Origin: an uncultured Syntrophus sp.
Lineage (GTDB): Bacteria; Desulfobacterota; Syntrophia; Syntrophales; UBA5619
DNA: 36,459 nt
Direction: 5' to 3'
Assembly (NCBI GenBank): GCA_964403345.1
Contig: CAYOGU010000002.1
Location: forward strand, 1 to 36,459
This document shows positions 18,750-27,018 of the stretch, piece by piece (the first letter of the stretch is position 1; the number at the start of each line of letters is the position of its first letter). Made by a program: the position numbers and the translations under genes. The notes under the pieces are model-generated. The model was not told the origin of the DNA. It worked only from the letters and a program-made list of their open reading frames with translations, and searched no databases.

Positions 18750-18779
18750 CAAAATTTCGGAGAAGAGGGACCGTTGTTC

Positions 18780-19922
18780 ATGCCATCAATCAGAAACCTC
18801 CAAGATGCCGTGGAGGAAATTACGGAATGGGATCTGCAGCTCTTTGACAAACTGACTACAATGGAACTTACCCCGTTGCAGATCGAACGCATCGTCTGCC
18901 CGGGGAAGATTTTCGAGACAGAAGGGTCCGTTCTGGCCATCCACTGGCACCCGGAGATGGTCGCCCTGCCGCTGGTCGAAACGAGGCTGCGGAGGGTCTA
19001 TCCTCATGCCGGTCAGACTCTGATCATCCCGACTCAGCACAATGAGATCCTCGTCTACGGTGATTACGCGGGTGCCGAGGTAGACTGCCGGGCCGATGCC
19101 TTCAATCGCAAAATTCAGATCCTGCTTCATTTCCGGTCCGAAGAGATCAAAAAGGCCCACAGCCTGAGGTCCATGATTGCCCATACCTGCCAGTATCGGC
19201 AGACGCAGTTGTTCGAGTTTCTGGAAACCTTGGCCGATCCCCGACATGAAGGGTGCCTCATGGAAGCGGCCAGGCATACGGGAACCGAGAAGGCAATGGT
19301 CCTCTTTACCGGAGTTCTGGTCGGAAAGCTCAAGAAAATGATTGAATTGAGGTCGGATTCGATTCCCGACATGGCACTGAAGAACAAGCTGGTTATCAGT
19401 TACATCAACGCCCATCGGGAGTTTTACGATTCCCTTGCAATCGACCGGTCGGTGATCTTTGCGGCCGGAGTCAAGGAGGTCGTGAAGCGGCGATTTCGTC
19501 TCGACTATTTCTATGAGGTGAACGAGATCATTGAGGAAGCCAGAGGGTTGGACGGCGGGGTCATCGTGCCCCATCCGGAGCAGTTCTGGCCCGTCCTACT
19601 GGCCGATTATGATGTGGACGGCTATGAGGTCTGGAATCCTCAATCCCGGGAGTTTACGGAATTCTTGATTCAGACGGTGATCAGGAAGAACAAGGCCGGG
19701 CAGGGAGGCAGACGCCTGCTGGTCATGATGGGGGACGATACCCATCTGAGCGAAAAAATCCTTGATCCTGAACAACAGGATCCCGACAAAGCCGCCCGTG
19801 AAATCGGCCATCAACCCCCTTGGGACGACAAGGCCGTCCGCAAGATTCTCAATATGGGGGATTTCGATAAGAGAAAAGTCATCGACGAGTACCAATCTCG
19901 CCTTGCCGGCGGAACGGTTTGA
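18780..19922 (+). CDS. Hypothetical protein with a PHP-like (metal-dependent phosphoesterase) motif series
   Basis: Track ORF is 18741..19922 (TTG). ATG 18780 follows GGAGAAGAGGGA. The ordered motifs resemble the PHP fold: AIHWHPE (HxH), IPTQHNE, IVPHPEQ, GYEVWNP, MMGDDTHL (DxH). There is a long insertion between the second and third motifs. The family call is tentative. Confidence 0.55.
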   Translation: MPSIRNLQDAVEEITEWDLQLFDKLTTMELTPLQIERIVCPGKIFETEGSVLAIHWHPEMVALPLVETRLRRVYPHAGQTLIIPTQHNEILVYGDYAGAEVDCRADAFNRKIQILLHFRSEEIKKAHSLRSMIAHTCQYRQTQLFEFLETLADPRHEGCLMEAARHTGTEKAMVLFTGVLVGKLKKMIELRSDSIPDMALKNKLVISYINAHREFYDSLAIDRSVIFAAGVKEVVKRRFRLDYFYEVNEIIEEARGLDGGVIVPHPEQFWPVLLADYDVDGYEVWNPQSREFTEFLIQTVIRKNKAGQGGRRLLVMMGDDTHLSEKILDPEQQDPDKAAREIGHQPPWDDKAVRKILNMGDFDKRKVIDEYQSRLAGGTV

Positions 19923-19933
19923 GAGGGGGCTGC

Positions 19934-20215
19934 ATGGAACAGGGCAAGGACTTTCAACACGAATCCATCGAAGACAAGGAATCCGTTGTCCGATACCTCC
20001 AAACCCTTTCCGATGGGTTCCGGAGCCAGAGGCTGGAGTTTCAGACCGGCCAGGAGGAAATCCTCCTTGAGCCGTCGGGCCTGATCCAGGTCGAGATCAA
20101 GGCCAGAAGCCGTCATCGGAAGTCGAAGCTTTCCATCAAGTTTGTCTGGAAGGATCAACGGCAAGCCGAAGGCAAGCCGAAGCGGGTCCTGGCCATCCGG
20201 ACCAATCAGGGATGA
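19934..20215 (+). CDS. Small amphi-Trp-domain-like protein (paralog 1)
   Basis: ATG 19934 follows GAGAGGGGG. The pattern shared with the 25098 and 25658 products is: helix (VVRYLQTLSDGFRSQRL), then ILLEPSGLIQVEIKA, then KSKLSIKFVWKD with the near-terminal Trp. Its stop overlaps the next ATG. Confidence 0.7.
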   Translation: MEQGKDFQHESIEDKESVVRYLQTLSDGFRSQRLEFQTGQEEILLEPSGLIQVEIKARSRHRKSKLSIKFVWKDQRQAEGKPKRVLAIRTNQG

Positions 20216-21849
20216 GTCCGATGTTCGTCTTCAAGGGCCTCAATGAAAACTTCATGTTTCTCGTTGTGCGGATCCGGCGACAGTTGGAGGACACGCTCGG
20301 TGTCCTGGAATTCGGTGAGAAGACCCTTCCGGACCGCATGAGGACCCGCGAGGACTATATCGACAACCTCAAGATCACCATCGAACGGAAGAGCTACCGG
20401 AAGATTTTGAGGAGCCGCTCGGAAGACGACCGGGTCATCCGGATGATGGGGTCCCTCAACACGGCCGTGAGCAATCTCGAGGAAATCGGCGACTACCTGA
20501 TCAACATCGTGACCCAGGTGCAGTATTTAAGCGACCCCACCTTCATGGGTCGCTTCGACTACCAGGCTTATTTCCGATTGATTGCGGATGCTCTCGATCT
20601 GATCGTGCCCAGCCTGTTTAAGGGAATCATCAAGGACGCCCTGTCCGTCTGCCGGACGGAGATCGAGCTGGATCAGCTCTACAAGCGGGATTTCGATGCC
20701 GTCATGGCGATTCTCCGGGAGGGGCGCGATATCGGCAATGCGGTCACCGCCCTCATGATCCTCCGTTATCTGGAGCGGATCGGCGATTCGCTTCTCAACA
20801 TCGGAGAGGCCATCATTTCCGCCTATGCCGGCAGCAGGCTGAAACTCTTCGAGTACCTGGCCCTGCAGGACCATCTCCCCGCGGCCGGCGGTAACTTCAC
20901 CATCGAAGACATTCATGCCGAGACCCGTTCGGGATGCCGCGTCGAAAAGGTCATATCCGCGGATATCCCGAAAGGCGTCCAAGAAGCGATCTTCAAGGAG
21001 GGGGATCTGGGGAAGATCGAACAGGAGAAGGAAAAACTAGGGCGCTGGCAGGAGATCATGCCGGGTTTGACGCCGAAGGTCTTCGGTTTTCAGCCCCTCA
21101 ACGGCAAGGCGTTCATGCTCCTGGAGTGCATCGACGGCCTGAATTTTCAGGAGATCGTCATCAAGCAGAACGGCGTGTTGTTCCGGCAGGCCTTCGGAGA
21201 ACTGAAGAACGTCATGGATGCGGTCTGGACACGGACCAAACTTCCCGAGGCTAAACCGGCGAACTTCATGCGGCAGCTCCTGGGGAAATTACCCGAAGTC
21301 TATGAGGTCCACTCCTCCTTCTACAGGCCGACTCAGATGATCGGCAGCCTGGAACGGCCGCCCTTCGTCGACCGGCTGGAGCATGCGGCGAGGATCGAAG
21401 CGGTCCTGATGCCCCCCTTTTCCGTCTTCATCCATGGCGACTTCAACGCGGACAATATTCTCTACAACCACCGGGAAAACCGCATTTACTATATCGACCT
21501 CCATCGTTCCCACGACCTTGACTATATACAGGACGTGTCCGTCTTCATGATTTCGTATTTCCGGATGCCGTTATTCAATCCAGGCATGCGCAACTGGTTG
21601 TCGGAGGTGATCGATGAGTTCTACTGCTTCGCGAGGCATTTCTCGGAGCGGCACGGGGACGAGACCTTTGATGCCCGATTGGCTCTTGGCCTGATCCGGT
21701 CTCTGATCTCCTCCACGAGGTTTATCCTCAAGGAGGATTTTTCCAAGGACCTTTTTCTGCGTGGGATCTACCTGCTGGATCGGCTTTTGGAGCATGAGGG
21801 AAGGCCATGGGAACAGTTCCGCGTTCCCCGGGATATATGGGTTTATTGA
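20212..21849 (+). CDS. PhoU-domain / aminoglycoside-phosphotransferase-like kinase fusion protein
   Basis: The N-terminal half has two PhoU-type repeats ending LEEIGDYLINIV and LERIGDSLLNIGEAI. The C-terminal half has an APH/choline-kinase-type catalytic loop FIHGDFNADNILY and YYIDLHRS. The ATG overlaps the preceding stop (ATGA at 20212-20215). Confidence 0.8.
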   Translation: MSPMFVFKGLNENFMFLVVRIRRQLEDTLGVLEFGEKTLPDRMRTREDYIDNLKITIERKSYRKILRSRSEDDRVIRMMGSLNTAVSNLEEIGDYLINIVTQVQYLSDPTFMGRFDYQAYFRLIADALDLIVPSLFKGIIKDALSVCRTEIELDQLYKRDFDAVMAILREGRDIGNAVTALMILRYLERIGDSLLNIGEAIISAYAGSRLKLFEYLALQDHLPAAGGNFTIEDIHAETRSGCRVEKVISADIPKGVQEAIFKEGDLGKIEQEKEKLGRWQEIMPGLTPKVFGFQPLNGKAFMLLECIDGLNFQEIVIKQNGVLFRQAFGELKNVMDAVWTRTKLPEAKPANFMRQLLGKLPEVYEVHSSFYRPTQMIGSLERPPFVDRLEHAARIEAVLMPPFSVFIHGDFNADNILYNHRENRIYYIDLHRSHDLDYIQDVSVFMISYFRMPLFNPGMRNWLSEVIDEFYCFARHFSERHGDETFDARLALGLIRSLISSTRFILKEDFSKDLFLRGIYLLDRLLEHEGRPWEQFRVPRDIWVY

Positions 21850-21899
21850 TTCCGCAGGTGGAGTTTCGAGAAGCGATTCGGCGGAAAGGATGACAAGGG

Positions 21900-22781
21900 A
21901 TGGTGAAGATCGGTGTCGTCGGCATTTCCGGGAGGTGGTCCTCGGAAGAGATGACGGCGGCCGTCGAAAAGAAGACGGGCTTTCGGCTTCTTGTGGAGAT
22001 GGACCGCGTTCGCTATGAATCGCGGCGGGAGACGCTGTTCTACAAGGGGGTCGATCTGGGCACCCTCGACGGCCTGATCGTGAAGAAGATTGGGGCGCGG
22101 TTCAGTCCGGACCATCTCCAACGTCTGGAGATGCTGCGTTACCTTAGGGCGCGGGGGGTCAGGGTCTTCTCAGATCCCGCCGCCATTGCCCGCTGCCTGG
22201 ATCGTCTCAGCTGCACCCTCACCCTACGGCTCGGGGGGATTCCCATGCCGGAGATAGTCCTGACGGAACATATCGAGGCGGCCGAGGCGGCCGTCCGTCG
22301 GTTCGGACAGGCCGTCTTCAAGCCGCTTTTCACATCCAAGGCCCGAGGAATGGAGGTGATGAGGAGTGATGATCCGGAACTACGGGAAAGCATCGGTGCC
22401 TTTAGAGAACAGGGCAATTGCCTCTTGTATGTGCAGAAGAAGATCGACCTGCCGGGCCGTGACCTGGGGATCGCCTTTCTCCGGGGGCGCTATGTGGGCG
22501 CCTACGCCCGCGTCGCCCCGGCCGGGTCCTGGAACACGACGACGGTCAACGGTGGGCGCTACGAGGCCGCGAAACCCTCCCGGGACATTGTCGAACTGGC
22601 CTCCCGTGCTGCGGCGCTGTTCGGGCTCGATTTCACCTGTGTAGACGTCGTGGAAGGCCACGAAGGCCCGATGGTCTTCGAGGTCTCGGCCCTGGGCGGG
22701 TTTCGTGGACTCTGGGAGGCTCAGGGGATCAATATGGCTGAGATGATCGTGGATTCCGTCCTGGAGGCCGTTCATGAATAA
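21900..22781 (+). CDS. RimK-like ATP-grasp ligase
   Basis: The ATP-grasp layout reads AVFKPLFTSKARGMEVM, LLYVQKKIDLPGRDLGIAFL and MVFEVSALGGFRG. Confidence 0.8.
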   Translation: MVKIGVVGISGRWSSEEMTAAVEKKTGFRLLVEMDRVRYESRRETLFYKGVDLGTLDGLIVKKIGARFSPDHLQRLEMLRYLRARGVRVFSDPAAIARCLDRLSCTLTLRLGGIPMPEIVLTEHIEAAEAAVRRFGQAVFKPLFTSKARGMEVMRSDDPELRESIGAFREQGNCLLYVQKKIDLPGRDLGIAFLRGRYVGAYARVAPAGSWNTTTVNGGRYEAAKPSRDIVELASRAAALFGLDFTCVDVVEGHEGPMVFEVSALGGFRGLWEAQGINMAEMIVDSVLEAVHE

Positions 22782-23865
22782 TCCTCAGACGGTTCTGTTC
22801 CAGGATCTCTTCGACGATCTCCGGAATCGCTATCCGACCCACGAGCGGCTCTTTGTCGGGATAGGGGAGTTGATCATCCAGGTCAAGTCGAATTCGCCGG
22901 ACCTGATGGCGGAGTTGCGCCGTTACTTCAAGGAGTTCACGTGCTGGGAATCCCAAGAGGACATCCTGATCTATGCCATCGAGTCCGATGAGATGCCCTT
23001 GCCCCTGGTCCTCCGGCAGAAGGGTCCCGATCCGGGCAAGAACAGGGTCAAGGAAGAATTTGCGGACCTGGCGGGCGGAAGGATCGTCCGGAAACGCCTG
23101 ACCGGTCTCTGTTTCCTCTTCAACGGGCACGACAACATGGCGGTCGGACCCTGTCGGGCCAACAGCAATCAGATCGTCAATTTCATCAACAACCGCTTTA
23201 TCGAGCGGATGCTCCGGGGAGGGAGCCTCCTGTCCCATGCCGCTGGTGTTGCCATGGGGGACCGAGGGCTGGCGCTCGCCGGTTTCTCCGGGAGCGGCAA
23301 GTCGAGCCTCGCGCTCCACCTTCTGACACGGGGGGCCTCCTTCGTCAGCAACGACCGGTTGATGACCGCGGAGCGCTGGGGACGCCTCAGGATGTACGGC
23401 ATTCCCAAGCATCCCCGCGTCAATCCGGGGACCCTCCTGTCCGTCCCGGTGCTTCGAGAGGTGATCAGCGACGAGGATCGGCGGTTGTACGCCGATTGGG
23501 ATTCCGAGGCATTATGGCACCTGGAGCGAAAGTACGACGTGATGATCGACGAGGTCTTCGGCGAGAAGAAATTTCATTTGAGCGCCCTGATGAAGGGTCT
23601 GCTTTTGCTCAACTGGAGGAGAGACGGCGGGACCCTTTGCATTCGCCCCGTGGAAATCGACCGGCGGCGGGACCTCCTGGCTGCCTTCATCAAGCCTCCC
23701 GGTCTTTTCTTTTTTCCTGAGGAACTGGAGACGCCTCCCGATTTTTCAAGCGAACGCTACGTGGAGCAGCTCCGCAACTGTGCCGTCTTTGAGGCGACCG
23801 GAGAGATCGATTTCGACGGGGCGGCGGTTTTTTGTCTCGACTTCCTGCGGGAGGAAGGGACATGA
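22774..23865 (+). CDS. HPr-kinase-related P-loop kinase
   Basis: The P-loop and downstream motif GFSGSGKSSLALHLLTRGASFVSNDRLM mirror HprK (GxSGxGKS...GhxLvaDD). Its start overlaps the ATP-grasp stop by 8 nt. Confidence 0.75.
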   Translation: MNNPQTVLFQDLFDDLRNRYPTHERLFVGIGELIIQVKSNSPDLMAELRRYFKEFTCWESQEDILIYAIESDEMPLPLVLRQKGPDPGKNRVKEEFADLAGGRIVRKRLTGLCFLFNGHDNMAVGPCRANSNQIVNFINNRFIERMLRGGSLLSHAAGVAMGDRGLALAGFSGSGKSSLALHLLTRGASFVSNDRLMTAERWGRLRMYGIPKHPRVNPGTLLSVPVLREVISDEDRRLYADWDSEALWHLERKYDVMIDEVFGEKKFHLSALMKGLLLLNWRRDGGTLCIRPVEIDRRRDLLAAFIKPPGLFFFPEELETPPDFSSERYVEQLRNCAVFEATGEIDFDGAAVFCLDFLREEGT

Positions 23866-25079
23866 AGACCCTGCAGGAACCGGGACAGCTTCCGCAGCGG
23901 ATCGTTCTGCAACGCCGCGCCTTGCTGCCTGACAAGCTGAAGATCGCCCGTTATGAAAAGGCGCCCGAACTCGGACCGCGTCTGCTCTTCTTCAGCGGAG
24001 GCAATGCCCTCAAGCGGTTCAGCAAGACCCTGATCCGGTATACCCACAATTCCGTCCACATCATCACCCCCTTCGATTCCGGGGGCAGTTCCGCCGAGAT
24101 CCGCCGTGCCTTTCGGATGCTCTCCATCGGGGACGTGAGGAACCGCCTCATGGCCCTTGCCGATCAGTCCATCAAGGGCAACCCAGAAATCTATCGACTT
24201 TTTTCCTACCGGCTTCCTGCGGACGATCCATCAGACCGACTCCGGGAGAAGCTGCAGATGATGGCCGAAGGCCTGGATTCCCTCGTCGACGGCATCCCCG
24301 TGCCGATGCGGGCCATCGTCTGCGGCCATATCGGGGACTTCCTCCGGCTCATGCCCGGCGACTTCGATCTTCGGGGGGCGAACATCGGCAATATCATCCT
24401 GACGGCTGGCTATCTGAATCACCATCGCCACATCGAGACGGTCATCTATCTATTTTCAAAACTGGTGGAGGTCCAGGGACTGGTTCGGCCCGTCGTCACC
24501 GACGACCTCCACCTGGCGGCGAGGCTCCAAAGCGGTCAGATCCTGGTGGGACAGCATCGGATCACCGGCGATTCGTTTCTCAAGGCGAGAAGCCCCATCG
24601 ATGAGCTGTTCCTGAGCGCTTCGGCCGATCAGCCCGAGCGGGTCCAGACGGAGATTTCCTCCGAAACAGCGGCCCTGATCGACGGCGCCGAGATCATCTG
24701 TTACCCCATGGGGAGCTTCTATTCGAGTGTTCTGGCGAATCTCCTTCCGCGTGGCGTGGGCGCCGCCATTGCCGCCAACCGTTGTCCCAAAGTGTTTGTC
24801 CCCAATACGCTCCCCGACACGGAGCAGGCAGGGATGTCCCTGGGCGATGCCGTCCGGACCATGATCCGGTGTCTTCAGGGGGATCGTTCGGGAGACCCCA
24901 CCGACTACCTGGACTGGATCGTTCTGGACAGCAGGTGGGGGAGGTATCCTTTCGACCTTGATCTGGAGAGGATCCGTGAGTGGGGGATCGGGATCCTCGA
25001 AGCGACGCTGGTCTCCGAGGAAAGTTCGCCCTACGTTGATCCTGAACATCTCTGCCATGTCCTTCTGTCCCTAACATAA
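23862..25079 (+). CDS. CofD/YvcK-family (2-phospho-L-lactate-transferase-like) protein
   Basis: Track ORF is 23832..25079. ATG 23862 overlaps the preceding TGA (ATGA). Family-typical motifs are LLFFSGGNALKRF, ITPFDSGGSSAEIRR and GDVRNRL. Confidence 0.78.
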   Translation: MKTLQEPGQLPQRIVLQRRALLPDKLKIARYEKAPELGPRLLFFSGGNALKRFSKTLIRYTHNSVHIITPFDSGGSSAEIRRAFRMLSIGDVRNRLMALADQSIKGNPEIYRLFSYRLPADDPSDRLREKLQMMAEGLDSLVDGIPVPMRAIVCGHIGDFLRLMPGDFDLRGANIGNIILTAGYLNHHRHIETVIYLFSKLVEVQGLVRPVVTDDLHLAARLQSGQILVGQHRITGDSFLKARSPIDELFLSASADQPERVQTEISSETAALIDGAEIICYPMGSFYSSVLANLLPRGVGAAIAANRCPKVFVPNTLPDTEQAGMSLGDAVRTMIRCLQGDRSGDPTDYLDWIVLDSRWGRYPFDLDLERIREWGIGILEATLVSEESSPYVDPEHLCHVLLSLT

Positions 25080-25097
25080 ATCCCCAGGAGGTGCCGT

Positions 25098-25541
25098 ATG
25101 TCCGACCAATATCTGCGGGTCAGAACGGGAACGGGATTCTCTTTTGCCGTCCGCCACTTGGAGGGCTTGATCGAATGTCTCAAGCGGGGGACCATTTACC
25201 TCAATCACGAGGGGAAGTCGATTCTGCTTAAACCTCGGACGCCGATCTCCATCGAACTGGAAGCGGCAAGTAAAGCGAGCCATGGGATCTGCAAAGAGAA
25301 AATGGTCCTCAAACTCTCGTGGAAGATCCGGGAATCCTGGTCGTTAGGGGAAGAGAGCTTTTCGATTCTCCGATCAGAGCCGGCAGACTGCGTGCACTCT
25401 GACCGATGGGGATTTCTCCCTGAACCGTCTGGTGAAGTGGACGGAAACAGCCTGGATGCGGGAGCGAACGGCACGCTCAGAAATGAAACGTTTTCCGAAG
25501 CGATTAAGAAAAAAACGTGGGACATGGCACGAAACCATTGA
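25098..25541 (+). CDS. Amphi-Trp-domain-like protein with ~60-aa C-terminal extension (paralog 2)
   Basis: The RBS is AGGAGG. The domain reads AVRHLEGLIECLKRGTIYL ... ILLKPRTPISIELEA ... KMVLKLSWKI. An unrelated acidic/polar tail follows. Confidence 0.7.
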   Translation: MSDQYLRVRTGTGFSFAVRHLEGLIECLKRGTIYLNHEGKSILLKPRTPISIELEAASKASHGICKEKMVLKLSWKIRESWSLGEESFSILRSEPADCVHSDRWGFLPEPSGEVDGNSLDAGANGTLRNETFSEAIKKKTWDMARNH

Positions 25542-25657
25542 AAGCGTCCGTGCGGAAGAAGCCCCTCGAAAAATAGCGCCTCTCCAAAAGGGAGAAGGCA
25601 ATCTGGCGCTGCTTAGGTATCGCCTGTTTTTCAGCACTTCATCAGGAGGTAAACAGT

Positions 25658-25957
25658 ATGGCAAGTCAACAATTGAAGGTCAAATCGAAAGTGGCATTGG
25701 TGGAAGTGATCAAACATCTGGAACACCTGGTGACATCCCTCAAGGAAGGTCAGCTCTGCATCCGGAAAAATGACGAGGTCATCAACCTGAAACCCCAGGA
25801 TCCGGTTACTTTCGAACTGGAGGCCGAGGCCAAGCTGGAGAAGGACAATCTGCGGGAGAAACTCGTCATCGAACTGAAATGGAAAAAGGGCGAGGCTGCG
25901 CCGATGGAAGGCGACAGTTTGTCCATCAGCCATCTTGATCCGGCGTCCGAACTCTGA
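25658..25957 (+). CDS. Small amphi-Trp-domain-like protein (paralog 3)
   Basis: The RBS is AGGAGG (25644-25649). The domain reads VIKHLEHLVTSLKEGQLCI ... INLKPQDPVTFELEA ... KLVIELKWKK. Confidence 0.72.
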   Translation: MASQQLKVKSKVALVEVIKHLEHLVTSLKEGQLCIRKNDEVINLKPQDPVTFELEAEAKLEKDNLREKLVIELKWKKGEAAPMEGDSLSISHLDPASEL

Positions 25958-26027
25958 GGAACGAACGCAATCCCCTTTTCCTTCCAGGGAAGTCCGGGAA
26001 GGAAAAGGGGACAACAGGGGATAACCG

Positions 26028-26951
26028 ATGATACGGTCTTACAACATCGAAGACGATCGCCTGGTCGAATGTCTTCCGACTATTGCGCGGGTTGCTTGGT
26101 TTGCCGCCCCCGATGAGGACGAGCAGGGGGTCCTGATTCACCATCACGGGCTTGATGAGCATACCCTCCATTCCACCCTGGACCCGGACGAACAGGCCCG
26201 CATCGAGACCGAGCCGAGCCATCGGGCGGTGATCTTCAAGGTTCCCCGGAACCATGTCCCCGGAGGGGACCTGGAATTCAAGGTTACGTCCGTCGGTTTC
26301 TTCCTCTTTGCGGATCTTTTGATCGTCGTCTCTGCCGATGAACCTGCACCTTTCTCGGGGAAGCCCTTTTCCAGAATCGGCCGTCCGGAGGAGGTGATGC
26401 TGAAACTCATCAATGCCTCCATCTCTCTCTTCCGGACCCATCTGCAGATCATCGCCCGGGTTTCAGAGGACCTGTCGGAAAAGATCAGTGCCTCCATGGA
26501 GAACCGGTATCTGCTGCAGCTCTTCGACCTCGAAAAGAGTCTAGTTTACTATCTCAACGCCATGTCGTCCAACAGCGCCCTCCTGGAGAAGATGAGGCAC
26601 CTGGGTGGGCAGATGCTGCGATCTCCCGAGGACCGGGAATTCCTTGATGACATCATCATCGAGAATTACCAGTGCTTCAAGCAGGCCAGGATGTATTCCA
26701 ATATCCTCTCGTCGATGACGGCGGCTCGGGCCTCCATCGTCAGCAACAACCTGAACATTCTCATGAAGCGTCTGAACATCGTCACGATCGGCATCATGAT
26801 CCCCACGCTCGTGGTCAGCACCTTCTCCATGAACGTGGCGATCCCCCTGCAGAAAAACGAGTACGCCTTCTGGATCATCCTCGGTCTCTCGGTGATCTCC
26901 CTGATCGGCGTGCTGGGGGTTTGGAGATACTTCAGGAGGGATCCGCTCTGA
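26028..26951 (+). CDS. CorA-family divalent-cation channel homolog with SMN instead of GMN
   Basis: The CorA topology is present: a soluble N-domain, then two C-terminal TM helices (IVTIGIMIPTLVVSTF / FWIILGLSVISLIGVLGVW). The signature position reads FSMNVAIPL, where CorA has YGMNF. Confidence 0.7.
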   Translation: MIRSYNIEDDRLVECLPTIARVAWFAAPDEDEQGVLIHHHGLDEHTLHSTLDPDEQARIETEPSHRAVIFKVPRNHVPGGDLEFKVTSVGFFLFADLLIVVSADEPAPFSGKPFSRIGRPEEVMLKLINASISLFRTHLQIIARVSEDLSEKISASMENRYLLQLFDLEKSLVYYLNAMSSNSALLEKMRHLGGQMLRSPEDREFLDDIIIENYQCFKQARMYSNILSSMTAARASIVSNNLNILMKRLNIVTIGIMIPTLVVSTFSMNVAIPLQKNEYAFWIILGLSVISLIGVLGVWRYFRRDPL

Positions 26952-27018
26952 ACGTGGTTGCGCTATGCTGCGAAGAGAGAAAGACGACGCGTTTCACATG
27001 AATGGATTCATCCATACC

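Noticed and set aside
18516-18752. A 78-aa minus-strand ORF filling the divergent intergenic region.
   Set aside because: It sits on top of both putative Pho-box arrays and promoters, has no RBS, and has odd composition. The region is better explained as regulatory DNA.
25098-25541. Whether the C-terminal tail of the middle amphi-Trp protein is the 'XXXCH domain' that I recall being linked to GAK systems.
   Set aside because: No Cys-His dipeptide is present. The closest match is ADCVH. I cannot support that call from sequence alone, so the tail is left as an uncharacterised extension.
25432-25773. A 113-aa + strand ORF bridging the two downstream amphi-Trp genes.
   Set aside because: It overlaps both better-supported genes out of frame, has no RBS, and its product is basic and low in complexity.
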